From Eledone cirrhosa (Eukaryota), in the NCBI GenBank assembly GCA_964016885.1, contig OZ024740.1, forward strand, positions 356,066,001 to 356,130,000: a stretch of 64,000 nt of DNA. Direction: 5' to 3'. The notes under the pieces are model-generated. The model was given only the letters and a program-made list of their open reading frames with translations. It searched no databases and was not told the origin of the DNA. The position numbers and the translations under genes are program-made. Of the stretch, positions 1 to 13,064 are shown in pieces (position 1 is the first letter of the stretch; every line of letters begins with the position of its first letter).

Positions 1-496
1 AGAAATACTATTTAATAATCAATATGGTTATTCGATCATTATCCCACTAGCCATTGCTTTTGCTGGCATGGGATGGAAGTCATGGACTAGAGAAAATCGT
101 TAGCTACTATATATTAATATATAATTAATTTACTCTACATCCTTATTTCCTTATTGAGTACACTCTACTTTATTCAGAAAATCACTTGTAAAGTCTGCAC
201 GAAAGAAAAAGATTGCTGTGGCATGGACATGTGTAAAGAAGTGTTGAGGAATTGAAGTAAATAGAATCTGAGGGAGAGAAAGACACACACACATGGCAAT
301 GTACAGCAATGTTGTAAACATCAAAACATCCAGTTAGTCTTATAAGTGAATGAAGAAATGTCAGGGAAAGATAATGTAATACATCAAAAAAATATACTTA
401 TATATATATGTAAACCTACCCAGACACACACGTAAGTGTGTGTGAGTACATGCATGTGTTTTTTTTATGCACAACACACACACACACATATATATA

Positions 497-886
497 TATT
501 ATATATAAAAGTGCCCAGCTCACATTGTAAGGCAGTTGTGAAAGTGTCACTACAAAAAGCACCCAGTACTCACTGTAAATGTGGTTGGCATTAGGAAGGG
601 CATTCAGCTGTAGAAACCAAGTCAAAATCAGTTCTGTATGAGCAAGATATGGTCATCTGCTAGCATGGAAAGTGGACGTTAAATGGTGATGATGATATAT
701 ATGTATGCAGTAGAGGAAGACCAAGAAAAACTGGGCAGACTTGGTTAGAGCTGATCCCAAAGTACTAAATCTCACAGAATAGATGTTGAAGGAACACTGA
801 GTAGGTAGAGGCTATGCTGGTACAAACCTGTCCAACCCATGCAAGCATGGATAAAAGAGCATAAAATGATGAAGATGATGATGATG
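497..886 (+). mobile_element. Two adjacent decayed RTE-LINE 3' end/tail fragments
   Basis: Contains cactgtaaatgtggttggcattaggaagggcattcagctgtagaaa and tagcatggaaagtggacgttaaatggtgatgatgat. These are followed by a GRGRPRKTW-like coding remnant and a second (GAT)n tail. Same motifs as the 3' ends of RTE copies at 12200-12507 and 50506-50800. Confidence 0.7.
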
Positions 887-920
887 GATAGCATTACTGT
901 AATTAATAGTTATAATAATA

Positions 921-1870
921 ACGATGAGGGTAATTTATAGCAGAAATGTTGGAGCATTTGTGTATTTAATTATACCCACTTATATTCTATCTAGTTCAAA
1001 TTATTTCAAGATCAATTTGCCTTTCATGCGCTTTGAGTTTGAGACAAATTAGTACTAATAATATACTGCCATTAATACAAACTACTGTCTCCTTAGCAAA
1101 TAGAAACATCAGTCATAAACTGACCCTTTTCTCCCAATTTCCATGTCAGTATCTAATTCCAAATTCAACTTAATTTAGCTTAATAAATGAATAAGGCACT
1201 GATGTTAAACTATCATCAAAAAGAAGAACAGAAAGGAAGAAAGGGACATTATTGTCAGAAAACATGGCATAAATATATCCCCAAATTTAATCTTTAGCAA
1301 ACTCATAATAGGTGGATTGGCAGTATCGGTAGAGGGTCGGACGCAATGCTTTGACGCATAGAGCTACGGCCCTTGCCTTGCCATTCTGAGTTCAAATCCC
1401 GCCGAGGTTAGCTTTAACTCTCATCCTTACGGGGTCGGTAATTGCTGGCCTTGTGCCAAAAAGTAGAAACAATTATTATAATATTATGAGTTTGCTAAAG
1501 ATTAAATTTGGGGATATATTTATGCCATGTTTTCTGACAATAATGTCCCTTTCTTCCTTTCGGTTCTTCTTTTTGATGATAGTTTAACATCAGTGCCTTA
1601 TTCATTTATTAAGCTAAATTAAGTTGAATTTGGAATTAGATACTGACATGGAAATTGGGAAAAAAGGGTCAGTTTATGACTGATGTTTCTATTTGCTAAG
1701 GAGACAGTAGTTTGTATTAAGGCAGTATATTATTAGTACTAATTTGTCTCAAACTCAAAGCGCATGAAAGGCAATTTGATCTTGAAATAATTCGAACTAG
1801 ATAGAATATAAGTGGGTATAATTAAATACACAAATGCTCCAACATTTCTGCTATAAATTACCCTCATCGT
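921..1870. repeat. ~390-bp near-perfect inverted repeat (arms 921-1310 and 1482-1870) with a SINE as spacer
   Basis: acgatgaggg...actcataata is the reverse complement of tattatgagt...ccctcatcgt, with only a few mismatches and one 1-bp indel. Confidence 0.95.
1311..1478 (+). mobile_element. tRNA-derived SINE, family B
   Basis: Head ggtggattggcagtatcggtagag (A-box-like), B box gagttcaaatc, central tcatccttacggggtcg, tail gtagaaacaattatt. More than 10 copies in the window. Confidence 0.85.
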
Positions 1871-1917
1871 ATATATATATACACACACCCCCAATACATT
1901 ATATATATATATGTGTA

Positions 1918-1954
<37 letters not shown>

Positions 1955-3217
1955 GCACACATAAACAGTACTATTAAGCAACCTTTATTGACACTAAAAA
2001 GCATAAAGTGAAAAGTGCATTAAAGTTACTAGGTAACAGAGTGAGTAGTTTTTACAACAGAATATTTAGTTTTGTATGATTATTGTTTAAAAAGTTCCTT
2101 GTTTGATGTTTGTAGGGATTTAATACTTTTCCAATATTATAAGCAAATATGCATACACACCTGTAAACACACACATTTTTAAATACACACCTGTGAACAC
2201 ACACACACACATTGATGTGATGCAACCCTCTTGCTTACATTGAGACACAGTTGATACATGCACACACACAAACGTGTACCCATAGACACATACGAGCATA
2301 CAAAATTGTAGAAATAAAACTACCAATTTCTGAGAGCCATTTGTGTCACTACGTTTTTGATAAGATTTCTCACTTCTCTGTTAAAACGAACATTGGTATT
2401 CTGGTCATACTAAAAACTAACAAAACTAAAAACATGCCTGCAGTATCTCTAGAACTCTCTAAAAGGACAATTTTTGACTTTGATTTGCAGCATCAAGCAG
2501 ATAACAAATAAATCTTCACCCAGATTGAAGACCAGTCCATCAAAAGGGAGAATCTCACATCTGCTATCTATTCTTGATATCTAGGAGATATGAGGTATTA
2601 AGATTTAAGTGTTCTGACTTCCAAACTATCAACAGAATATCAAAAATTGCCACGTATGCATTTGAACTGAAAATTTCTGAGCTGGTAGTCGAACATATTT
2701 AGGGCAGTGGATTGGTAGTATTGGTAGAGCGCCGGACATCTTTCTTTAGTCAAACATTATATTTACTCAGCTATTTCGCTGATACTTCAACTTTGTCAAT
2801 TTTTACACAAGTTTTATGATGATGATCAAAGAAAACTTAACTTTTAAATCTTAATGTCCTGTATCATATGAAACCACATTAGCAAATTGTTGAAAAGTAT
2901 AAAACAGCACTATGACTGTATCGCATTAAAAGTTAAAGTCCCTACTCGGATACTGCAATATCCCACAAGGATCTGTTCACTAGTAAAAATATTATAAATA
3001 TTTTAATTAACAAATCTGTTTTTAGTTATTTTCTCCTCTAATCATTACAGGATGTTAAGAGTTTATTGCTAAATAGATACAAAGTTAAGATATATCCAAT
3101 CTTTGTATTATTGACATAGTTTGGTTGATTTGCCATGATTTTGTTCAATTCTTTTAAGATATTGCATTTTTTCACTAACAATTCTTTACTAACAACAATA
3201 ACAATTATACTGTTTAA

Positions 3218-3435
3218 CCCTTTAGCATTTACATTTCTCTATATTTACTATATTTTCACAGTAAAGTCTTTATCTCACATAATTATCTCACATAATATTG
3301 AATCCATGAGATTTAGATGTTATTTATTTTGAGAACAATACCTTAACATCAGTATGAGCAGCCGTTTACAGCCTGTTTGAACAGAAAGAAGTGAGGAAAT
3401 TCTGACTGGATATAGCCAGTTTAAATGCTAAAGGG
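3218..3435. mobile_element. piggyBac-like MITE
   Basis: TTAA|ccctttagcattta ... taaatgctaaaggg|TTAA terminal inverted repeats with TTAA flanks. Related copies at ~13360-13553 and 36558-36771. Confidence 0.8.
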
Positions 3436-3832
3436 TTAAGGGGTTAAGGGTTAGTCTGCCTTGTGGTCTCAGTGGATAGAATGGAAAAAAATGTTGCCCT
3501 GGAGGATGGCAAGGGAGATAAGCTGGAACAGCAATATAACTCATGTGGCATGCTCTTGTGAGTATGCAAGTCCACCCATATAGCAGTGAGTAGGGATGTG
3601 GTCCGGGGTCCCAAAACACTGGGAGTTTCCTTGTCAAATGATTATGAGAGACTGATATCATCAGGGTTGCTTTTTGACACCTTGTATTCTAGAATAACCT
3701 CACTACTCTGTAGCATCTTCCAATAATGGCAGCATCCAATAAAAGATGAAAACAATGCTCAAATAAAACTGACAGGCAATAAATCATATTTATGTTGCAA
3801 CTATCTTTTCCTTTTAACCAACTTCATACCAT

Positions 3833-4322
3833 TAATCCTTTCAATGCTAACCCTCATTTTATTATACAAAATTACCCATTTATATTAAAACAGCACATCA
3901 TAATTTTATTTAAGGAATTTTTGTTAATTTATGCTTTGGACATCAGATTACTAATGAAAATGTTAGTTATTTTAATAAATTTCTCCAACCTTTTATAATT
4001 TTCAAAATTATTTGAAACATGTAGACAGTGAATTTCATTATAAACATGGAACAGAAAGAGTTAGCCCTCTTGATACCGAATTATTTGAAATCGTTTTTTG
4101 TTCTACAATACAAAGCTGTTTATTTCAAAGCGTTTATATTTATCTAAAACCTTCCATCATAATTTTATGTAAGAAACTTTGTTAAGCTATTTTTTAAACA
4201 CCAGCTTAATAATGAAAGAGTTAGTCATTTTACAAAATCCCTTCAAATTCATGATTATTTTCAAAACAAATTGAAAATTATAAGCAGGTCTTTCATTACA
4301 GCTATAGCATTGAAAGAGTTAA
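3833..4322. mobile_element. Decayed TTAA-flanked MITE copies (second piggyBac-like family)
   Basis: Ends ttaatcctttcaatgc..., ...gaaagagttag/ccctcttgatacc..., ...gcattgaaagagttaa. Related ends at 30050-30070 and 31410-31620. Confidence 0.45.
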
Positions 4323-4837
4323 AAATTTTTTTTTTCAAATCAGTCAACATTGACTGATCTTATTGGTATGTTACCTAAATGAGAATGAAAACAATTCAAA
4401 AGCAAGTTTCCTTACTTAATGCTTTTTATACCAACATTATTATTGGAGTTATTGTCTTGGAACAACATCCCTCTTTGTGTTCATCAGAGTAAAAACTACA
4501 AGGTATTCATACTTATGCACCACAGTACTAGCTACCTTACTAAATACAGTGAATCTTCTCAGCTGATGTTGTGTTAATCAGCAAGTGTTGATGTAATAGC
4601 TGGTTGTAATGGCTGGCACTGCTACCTGGTTAGTAAATCTGCCAGATATCTTTTCTCCAGTACATCTCTACATTCATACATTCACTCTGTCTCTCTGCAA
4701 AGCATCTCATTTACAAATCCTGCCATATCTAAATACATGTACATCCCAAGAAAATACTCTTATCTATAACCACTATATTTTACCAATTTGTTAATGAAAA
4801 CATTTCTTATTTCAAAATTTTGCATATTTCAGCTAAA

Positions 4838-5215
4838 CATCATCATCATCATCATTGTTGTTTTAATTTCTTCTTTCCCTTCTAGCAAGGATTGGATGGG
4901 TCCATATAGACTAAGTCTGAAGCAGAGCCACTGATCTTCCAGGCCTGCTAGAGACCTGTGCACTTATGTATACTCTCATGTTCCATCGAGTGTTCAGGAG
5001 AGGTTGTCATGCTATTGACACTACTGAGAGTCCACCCAACCCTTTGTTAAGCAAGATTTCTTGTCATGCCCTTGACATGGCTGAAGGGTGCTTCTGACCC
5101 TTTGTCTCGCAAGCCTTCTATGGCTGGATGCTCTTCCTATCGCCAACCATTTTACAGCATGTACTGGGTGCATTTATCATGTAGATCACCAACACTAGGG
5201 AGGTTGTCATGTATA
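4838..5215 (-). mobile_element. RTE 3'-tail-related repeat (non-autonomous or decayed)
   Basis: (CAT)n tail, tctagcaaggattggatggg and ggatgctcttcctatcgccaacc motifs. Homologous to 56935-57130 (+) and 55560-56090. Confidence 0.6.
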
Positions 5216-6034
5216 TATGTTACTCTGGCTCTTAAAGGGGTTATAAACAAATAATTCTTTCAAGTTGATTCATCTATTTTTTTAAAATTATTTTATTATC
5301 AGTATACTTTATTGGGTGACCACAGCCACATTATTTCTATCACTATCATATTGGTGGGATTTGTAAGTGAGATATATTATAGAGAAACAGTCAATGTGTG
5401 AATGTAGACTTGTGCTGGATAAAAGATATCACCAGGTTTCTATGCCAGTCAGAAACTGAAACATCAAAATCCTTTTGATGGCAGGTATTTCAAAAGCCAA
5501 AAACAAAACATTGTTTACTTTTAAACACCCACCTGACGACAAAGCATTGAGTAACTGTTACATAATGACATTGTGGTGACTATAAAATGTACATAACAGC
5601 TGTGATGTAATAAACTGAAGTTGAATATGTAAAATTGTTCAAAACATTAAAACTCTTATTAACATGCTATTGATATTAACATGCTACTCATAACATAGTT
5701 CTCAGGTAAATTCAGCATGACTTCTTCCTATTATATCAACTGTTAAACTAATATATATCTTTATTCTAATGTATCACTTTGCCGTGTTGTTTATCATTTC
5801 ACTTTTTGCATACATATATATATATAAATACTTACAAGGACACCCTAAATTCATTGTGTTCCTACATCTTCCTGAAACTGGATCACTAGACTTTTTCCAT
5901 TACTTTTTGCATTCTCTTTTCATCATTATCTCACTATTCTTTTTCCTTGTCACTCAGTTACCTTCCCTTACTCCATTTCTTCCTCTTCTCAATCTCGTCT
6001 ATTTTTCTATTTCTTCTCTTATTTCTCATTCTAT

Positions 6035-6070
6035 GTTCTGATGAAGGATTAACACCTGAAACATTAAAAC
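6035..6070 (+). ncRNA. Minimal type-I hammerhead ribozyme-like motif
   Basis: gtt-CTGATGA-agg(attaaca)cct-GAAA-cat-TA-aaac; stem I is weak. Confidence 0.55.
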
Positions 6071-6215
6071 TCTTCTTGTTATATCAAGTGTTAATCTAAT
6101 ATATATCTTCATTGTTTTACTGTGTTGTTTATCTGTTTACTTTATATATACATAAAGATATATACATATATATATGGAAGTATGTGTGGAATGCAGTGAG
6201 CGAAGTTTAGAATTT

Positions 6216-6348
6216 AGAAGTTTTACTGTAACATTGCCTAAATAATATAGTCTAATAATGGGGCGTATAAATCCACTGAACGGAAAAGGTGGCTTTATAC
6301 ACCCTGTTATTAGACTATATTATTAATCAATGTTACAGCGAAGCTTCT
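6216..6348. repeat. Imperfect ~60-bp-stem hairpin between (TA)-rich tracts
   Basis: agaagttttactgtaacattg...gtataaatccac pairs with gtggctttatac...caatgttacagcgaagcttct; loop ~12 nt. Confidence 0.85.
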
Positions 6349-6360
6349 CTATCTATTTCA

Positions 6361-6391
<31 letters not shown>

Positions 6392-6486
6392 TATCCTCCA
6401 CTTCCACCAAGCGTGAACCTAATATAACTGTATACAATTGCCTCCTGTGTTTTGTTCATTCATTCATTCTCAACTATATATATATA

Positions 6487-6731
6487 GGCAGCAAATTAGC
6501 AGAGTTGTTAGAACGTCGGATACAATGCTTTATGGTATTCATTTCATCCTTTTGAGGTCGATAAAAAAAGTACCAGTCTAGTACTGATGTCGATTCTTCC
6601 TCTTTCTGGTAGAAATCATCTGTACTCAGGCCTGGAGAGGGATGGGCTCTGCCAGGCTTAAAATGCCCCCAAAACGCTATATGTCTATAGAGCACTCCTA
6701 CGACCCTATCAGGAGTTACGGAACCATACCA
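6487..6731 (+). mobile_element. SINE family-B-related element with alternative 3' tail
   Basis: Head ggcagcaaattagcagag, central tttcatccttttgaggtcgataaa...gtaccag, then tail gcctggagagggatgggctctgccaggc...tatcaggagttacg. Reverse-complement copy at 39900-40185. Confidence 0.65.
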
Positions 6732-9296
6732 TATATGTATAATTATATGTAAGACAATCAATTGCCTTAACTTGAACATAAACAAATATACATCAAACCC
6801 ATGCTATCCTTGAACTCAAGTGAATATATATATTATATAATAATCCTACAATCACGCCTCTCCCACCAAAAACACACTACTCAAGACATAAATTAAAAAT
6901 TCTAACACATCCTTCAAAACTGTACTCTAAACATCCATCCTGCACCAATTACGGTAGGGCTTTCAAAAGCCATATTCCACTCACAAGATATTGGTTAACT
7001 TGAGGCTCTGGTATAAGACATTGGCCAAATGTACTATGCAGAGGCACTAAACCTAGAACCATACAGCCATACCTGTACCAATAGACATTTGTTGAGAACT
7101 AACCTTTACTATACTTAACATTACCAAATGTTAATTATACATCTGACTTCATGACACCTTGTTTTATTTTCGAGATTTTACTAATAATACACAAGCTTTA
7201 GAAGCTGCAGTTAAGTAGATTTATTCTGCTTCAGATGCCATAACATCAGTGTATAAGGTCACCACAACCCTTCGTTTATAAATACTACAATCACAAGTAA
7301 AGCAGACTGGATAATTTCATTCCCCAACCACATAATTGTAGGTTCTATTCCATTGCACAATAATTTGAGCAAGTGTCTTCTACTTTAACTTCTAATTAAC
7401 CAATCACTTAATTGAAATTCGGTAGGTTAAACAGTGTAGAAGTCTGTCATATATACATTAATGTACTTCCACACACACATACACACACAATTAATATGTA
7501 AGTGGCTGAGCATTCCACAGAAACGCTTACCCTTAAGAAAATTCTCAGGGACATTTAACATGACTCAGTGTGTGACATGGATGGTCTTTTGAAATATTGG
7601 TAATTGGTACAGTTCTTCTTATGAGATTCCAAACTGTTTCTCTCTATTTTCCTTAATGACTATGAAGAACTACATCCATCTATCCAAACATACACACACA
7701 CATACATACATTCATGCACACACACACATACATACATCCAAACATATAAACACATACATACATACATACTTACATCCACCCATCCAAACATATAGACACA
7801 TATTCTTACATACATCACATACATACACACACATATACTTACATACATCACATACATACATATATACATACATACTTAGAAGAACCATGGCTGAAGAAAA
7901 TCAGTGCATTGAACAAATAAATTAGAGTATCTAATTCCATCCAAGTTCACCATTTTGTATGATGGCCTACTTAACCATACCACCCCCTTCAACCTATCCA
8001 TGATACCAGTCAAGGACACAGTAAACCAGGAAGACTGTAAATGATTAAATATTTTTCTCAAACAAGAAATCTTGATGGAAAGGAATTATTACTAAGTTAT
8101 TTGGTTATGGTATCAAAATCTACAAAATATATATGAAATGGTTATAAGAATCATTGCAAGAGAAATTTGAAATTAAATATTAGAGTTACTCCACATTTAT
8201 TTCCCTGACTACTCTGATAATTTTGTAATATTTGCCTCAGACACCACATTAAATTCATGATCATTTTTAAGAAATAACAAGCATTGCATGGAATATTAGA
8301 AAGTTTAGTACGGCAAAACAAATTTCCTCTTATGCCGAGTGCATTTAATCAAGTTTATTGCCTCTATATATCACTTGCATCACCACCTGCATCAGTATCA
8401 GCACCAACATCATCAGCAGGATTATTACCGCCCTAACTATCACCCCTACCACCACCACTAACACAACTGCTACCACTACAACCTCTACAAACACCCTTCA
8501 CCACCACAATGACAACAACAACAACCATCATCACCCCCATTACAACCTTAACCACCAAAATAAAAATAATGATGTTGAGGTTAAGAAATTCATTTCACAT
8601 CTTGGATTCTATCCCACTTGGCCAAGTGATTTCCACTAAATCCTTGGGTTAACCAATGCATTGTAAGTAAATTTGGTAGACAGACAGTGTGAGAAAGCCT
8701 ATCACATACATATCCTCCTCATCAGCAATGGTTTACACCTGTTTTTCTATGTTTGCATGAGGTTTTCTATGGTTCCTATTTTTTCTTGATGCCGACTCAT
8801 ACCTTATTTCAAGTATGCTATATGCCACAAATGTTTGTCTGTTACACCTCAGGATGCATTGTTTATGGGGAATGTAAGCAACTATTACCACAAGCTTTTT
8901 TTTTTATAAACAGTGATGATATGTCATTCATGATGACAAGCACACACACATATACCTCACCCAACACACACATGTTGTCAATTATCCAACCCACATATAC
9001 ACACATGATGGGCTTCCTAAGAATTTCTGTCTACCAAATTAACTCACAAGTCATTAGTTGGGCTGGGGTTATAATGGAAGCTATTTACCCAAAGTGACAT
9101 ACAATGGGACTGAAAATAAAACTATGATGCTGAAGTGAACTTCTAAATCCCACAGACATGAATATGCCTAATATATATATATATTTGTACATATATGTTT
9201 TACATTTGATTTATATACATATGTATATATATGTATATAATGATAAAAAGGACGAGGTGTTATATCGTCATTACATTTATTGAGGTGTGATGCGTG

Positions 9297-9331
<35 letters not shown>

Positions 9332-9889
9332 GAGAGTGAAAGAGGGGTATGTAAAATCCTGACTGTGGTAGCAAGTGGTTTCAGCTTGTGTGTTTAGCAA
9401 GCCTTTTCAAAGGTATTGTAATATTTGTAAGGTGTGAAAAAAATAGGTCACTGGTTTTGATAGTGCTTTGATTGAATTTACCAATATTAGTAGCATAATA
9501 GTAAACTGGTCTGATGGAGAAAGTGGAGGCCAGAGTATGGTAAGTGTATCTGGACTGGCAAGGGGTCAGGAGAAGGATGTAGAGTAGGTGAGGGTAGGAG
9601 TGGAGTTGGAGGAGAAGGGGCATAATGGTCATAGAAATAGGTGTAAGGCTATGTATAGATGGGGCGTATAGGCTGAAGAAATATTTCTAAGTGAAGAATT
9701 AATAATAAAATTGAGTTATATAGAAGTAATATATATATATAAACATGCACACACATACATACATATATTTGTGTGTCTGTGTGTGCATGGAAATGTTTGA
9801 ATCCTAAATTCAGAAAATAACCATAATAACAATAGATCACAATAGATAATAGCTGAGAAAATCAGGTAAATTACCTCTATACGTATATA

Positions 9890-10779
9890 TTCATCATTGA
9901 CATTCCAAATCCATTCCCCCCAAACTTGCATGGGTTGGGTGAGTTTTTTTCAGCACAGCCTTCTCCCACTTGTGTTCCTTTGCTACTGCCTCTGTGAAGT
10001 TCAGTGTTTTGAGATTAGTTCTAACCATTGTTGCTCCAGTCTTCATTTGTCTTCTTTTACTGCAGCTTCCTTCCTATGTGATTTCTTGGCACTTCTTCAC
10101 CTAACAAGCACTATCCATATGCATCACAAGTCAATACCAGCACAGTTGTTCATGCGCACAAAACATTACACATCCAAGTTCAGTTTTCTCCTGCTTTCAC
10201 ATATCATCTGTGTTTAACACTCATGTCTGACTGCTATAGTCTTGCACTTCTCATTCAATCTGTCTTTTGCTCATAGAGAGAAAATCCCTTTGTTGTCATG
10301 AGAGGCAGTTTCTTGAAGGCTCTCTATCTAGCTCCTATGCTTTCAGAGCTACCCTTTTCACTGCTAATTACACCACTTAGATAACAGAAACTAACAACTA
10401 CTTCTATAGTTTATTTCCCAGAATTGGAAAAAGTTTATTTCACTGGTGTTCTTACTACAAACTATCTCTGAGCATCAGCCACATACATGTCTATCTTTTC
10501 TGTTAGTGTGACTACTACCACACTACATATCTTTTATTCCCATATTTTATATTGTGTTCATTGTATAGAGTTCTTACCTACTCCTTTTCTTCATAGTGAG
10601 CATGGTTAATTTCCAGATTGAATCAGTCTTGCCTTCTTTCCTACTTATTAAAACTTTAAGTTTTCTCTAAGTTCTTTAATTTAAGTTTTATTTCCAGTTT
10701 TAAGCTCCTTTGTTATAGCTTAGAGAACTCTAATAAACAGGAGGAAGCTGAGGACTGAGCCTTGATGGATATCTACCTG
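9890..10779 (-). mobile_element. Old decayed RTE LINE (3' part), interrupted by a younger RTE
   Basis: Minus strand gives remnants of HQGSVLS, SGKL-C, FCYL and a (GAT)-like tail. Sequence resumes at 12508. Confidence 0.75.
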
Positions 10780-12507
10780 AAACTATAGAGGTATAAAGCT
10801 GATGGACCAGGTCATGAAAGTAACAGAAAGAGTTATAGCACAGTTGATTAGGGACCGGGTGAAACTAGATGAGATGCAATTTGGGTTTATGCCAGGAAGA
10901 GGCACCACAGATGCCCTCTTCCTTGTGAGGAAAAGTACCTAGCTAAAAGTAAGCCACTCTACCTGGCATTCGTCGGTCTCGAGAAAGCCATTGACAGAGT
11001 TCCCCGTGCTATAATCTGGTGGGCTCTTAGAAAACTAGGAGTAGATGAATGGCTTGTGAAAGCTGTACAAGCCATGTATAGGAGAGCAGTCAGCAAAGTT
11101 AGGATTAGCAATGACTATAGCGAGGAATTTAGCGTACAGGTCGGTGTCCACCAGGGCTCTGTTCTTAACCCTCTCCTGTTCATCATAGTCCTGCAGGCTA
11201 AACGGAAGAGTTTAAGACCGGAGGCCCATGGGAATTCCTGTATGCAGATGACTTCGCACTTATAGCTGAATCTATGGTAGAACTAGAGAAGAAATTCCAA
11301 ACTTGGAAGCAGGGACTAGAAAGAAAGGGTCTCAAAGTCAACCTGACAAAGACTAATGTCCTTGTAAGTAGACTAGAAAATAGAACCCAGATCCCCTCAG
11401 GGAAATGGCCTTGCTCAGTATGTAGGAAACGTGTAGGTAGGAACTCCATTCTCTGCCCCAAATGCAAACAATGGGTACACAAGAAATGTAGATGGATCTT
11501 AGGAAGCTTAACTAAGAATGTAGGCTTCACATGTAGCAGCTGTGCTGGGACAGCAAGCAGCAAACGGCCACAGGAAACAAGTACCACCAAACTCTGAGAG
11601 GGCTCTGTAGAAACAGTAGACAGCTTCCGCTACTTAGGTGACCAAATTAGCAGCGAAGGTGGGTGTTCGGAAAGTACAATAACTAGGGTAAGAACGGGAT
11701 TGAAGAAGTTTAGGGAGCTACTGCCACTGCTAGCTACAAAAGGTTTTTCCCTCAAAATGAAAGGCAGATTGTATGATGCATGCATACAAGTAGCAATGTT
11801 ACATGGTAGTAAGACCTGGGCGCTGTCTGTGGAAGACTTGCGTAGATTAGAAAGAAACGAAGCCTGCATGATCCGATGGATGTGTAATGCGCGAACGGCA
11901 AAGCATAAATGAATTGAGAGAGAGACTGAGCATAAGAGGAATCAAATACTGCGTGCAGGAGAGGTGGTTGCATTGGTATGGACATGAGATGCGTATGAAG
12001 GATGATAGCTGCATAAAAAGGTGCAGAGCACTAGAAGTCGATGGAAGCCGCAGAGTGGGGAGACCCAAGAAGACCTGGGTTGAGGTGATAAAAGCCAACC
12101 TAACCCAATTACACCTCTCAAAGGTGATGACACACGACCGTGACCTCTGGCGTGACGCAGTAATACAGAGTACCCGACCCCCCACGAGTACAAGCCGAAG
12201 CTGAAGCATATATACAATATGCCCTCACACCCTCCCACTGCAAAGTGGTCATGGAGGTGCCATGGTAAAAAAGCACCCAGCCCACACTGTAAAGTGGACG
12301 TATAGGCGCCACAGAAAAAAGCACCCAGCACACACTGTAAATGAGGTTGGTGTTAGGAAGGGCATCCAGCTGTAGAAATCAAGCCAGAATCAGTTCTCGT
12401 ATGAGCAAGGCATGGTCTGCTGACCGGACACTGCCGACAACAGTACAACCCGTCTAACCCATGCTAGCGTGGAAGAACGGACGTAAAACGGTGATGATGA
12501 TGATGAT
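10779..12507 (+). mobile_element. 5'-truncated RTE-clade LINE (RT pseudogene + 3' UTR + (GAT)n tail)
   Basis: NYRGIKLMDQ, QVGVHQGSVLNPLLF, YADD (frameshifted), C-x2-C finger and VGRPKKTW motifs with stops and frameshifts. Close relative of 50506-52492. Confidence 0.95.
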
Positions 12508-13064
12508 ACCACATTGAATTCTTCAACAAACTCATTACCTATTCACAGTTTACTGATAGCTCCACTGTACAAGGCTGCTTTCACAAACCACTCATCTACA
12601 TTCAATTTCCCCAAGTATCACCAAATAACAGATCATGATACTCTACAAAAGCTAGGTATAATGGCTTATATTTAGTTAAAATTGTCATTTGTAGCTGTCT
12701 TACTAGGAAGAGAGCATCTGTAAGGCTTTTTCCTGACACAATTGCTTATTTCTAGATATATAAGTATATTACATACTTAGGTAATAAATATACAATGACT
12801 TGCATAACAGTAAAATCATTAATTGTTACAGGGTAAAAGGTGATGCTCTAGAAATAAGCAATTATGGAAGCATAAAATTGATGAATCAAATTCTGAATGT
12901 GACAGAAAGCATTCTGGGTCATCTAATTAAGGAACCAAATTAAATGAGATGCAGTTTAGCCTTGTGTCAGGAAAAAGCCTTACAGATGCTCTCTTCCTAG
13001 TAAGACAGCTACAAATGACAATTTTAACTAAATATAAGCCATTATACCTAGCTTTTGTAGAGTA
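12508..13064. mobile_element. Remaining 5' part of the old RTE, partly inverted and duplicated
   Basis: 12508-12756 continues the minus-strand RT. 12820-13064 is plus-strand RT (KGDALE-SNY, EMQF, TDALFLVRQLQ). 12639-12741 and 12962-13064 are reverse complements. Confidence 0.8.

Noticed and set aside
3431-3454. Telomere-like aagggttaaggggttaagggttag
   Set aside because: Short slippage duplication of the MITE end (gggTTAA), not a telomeric array.
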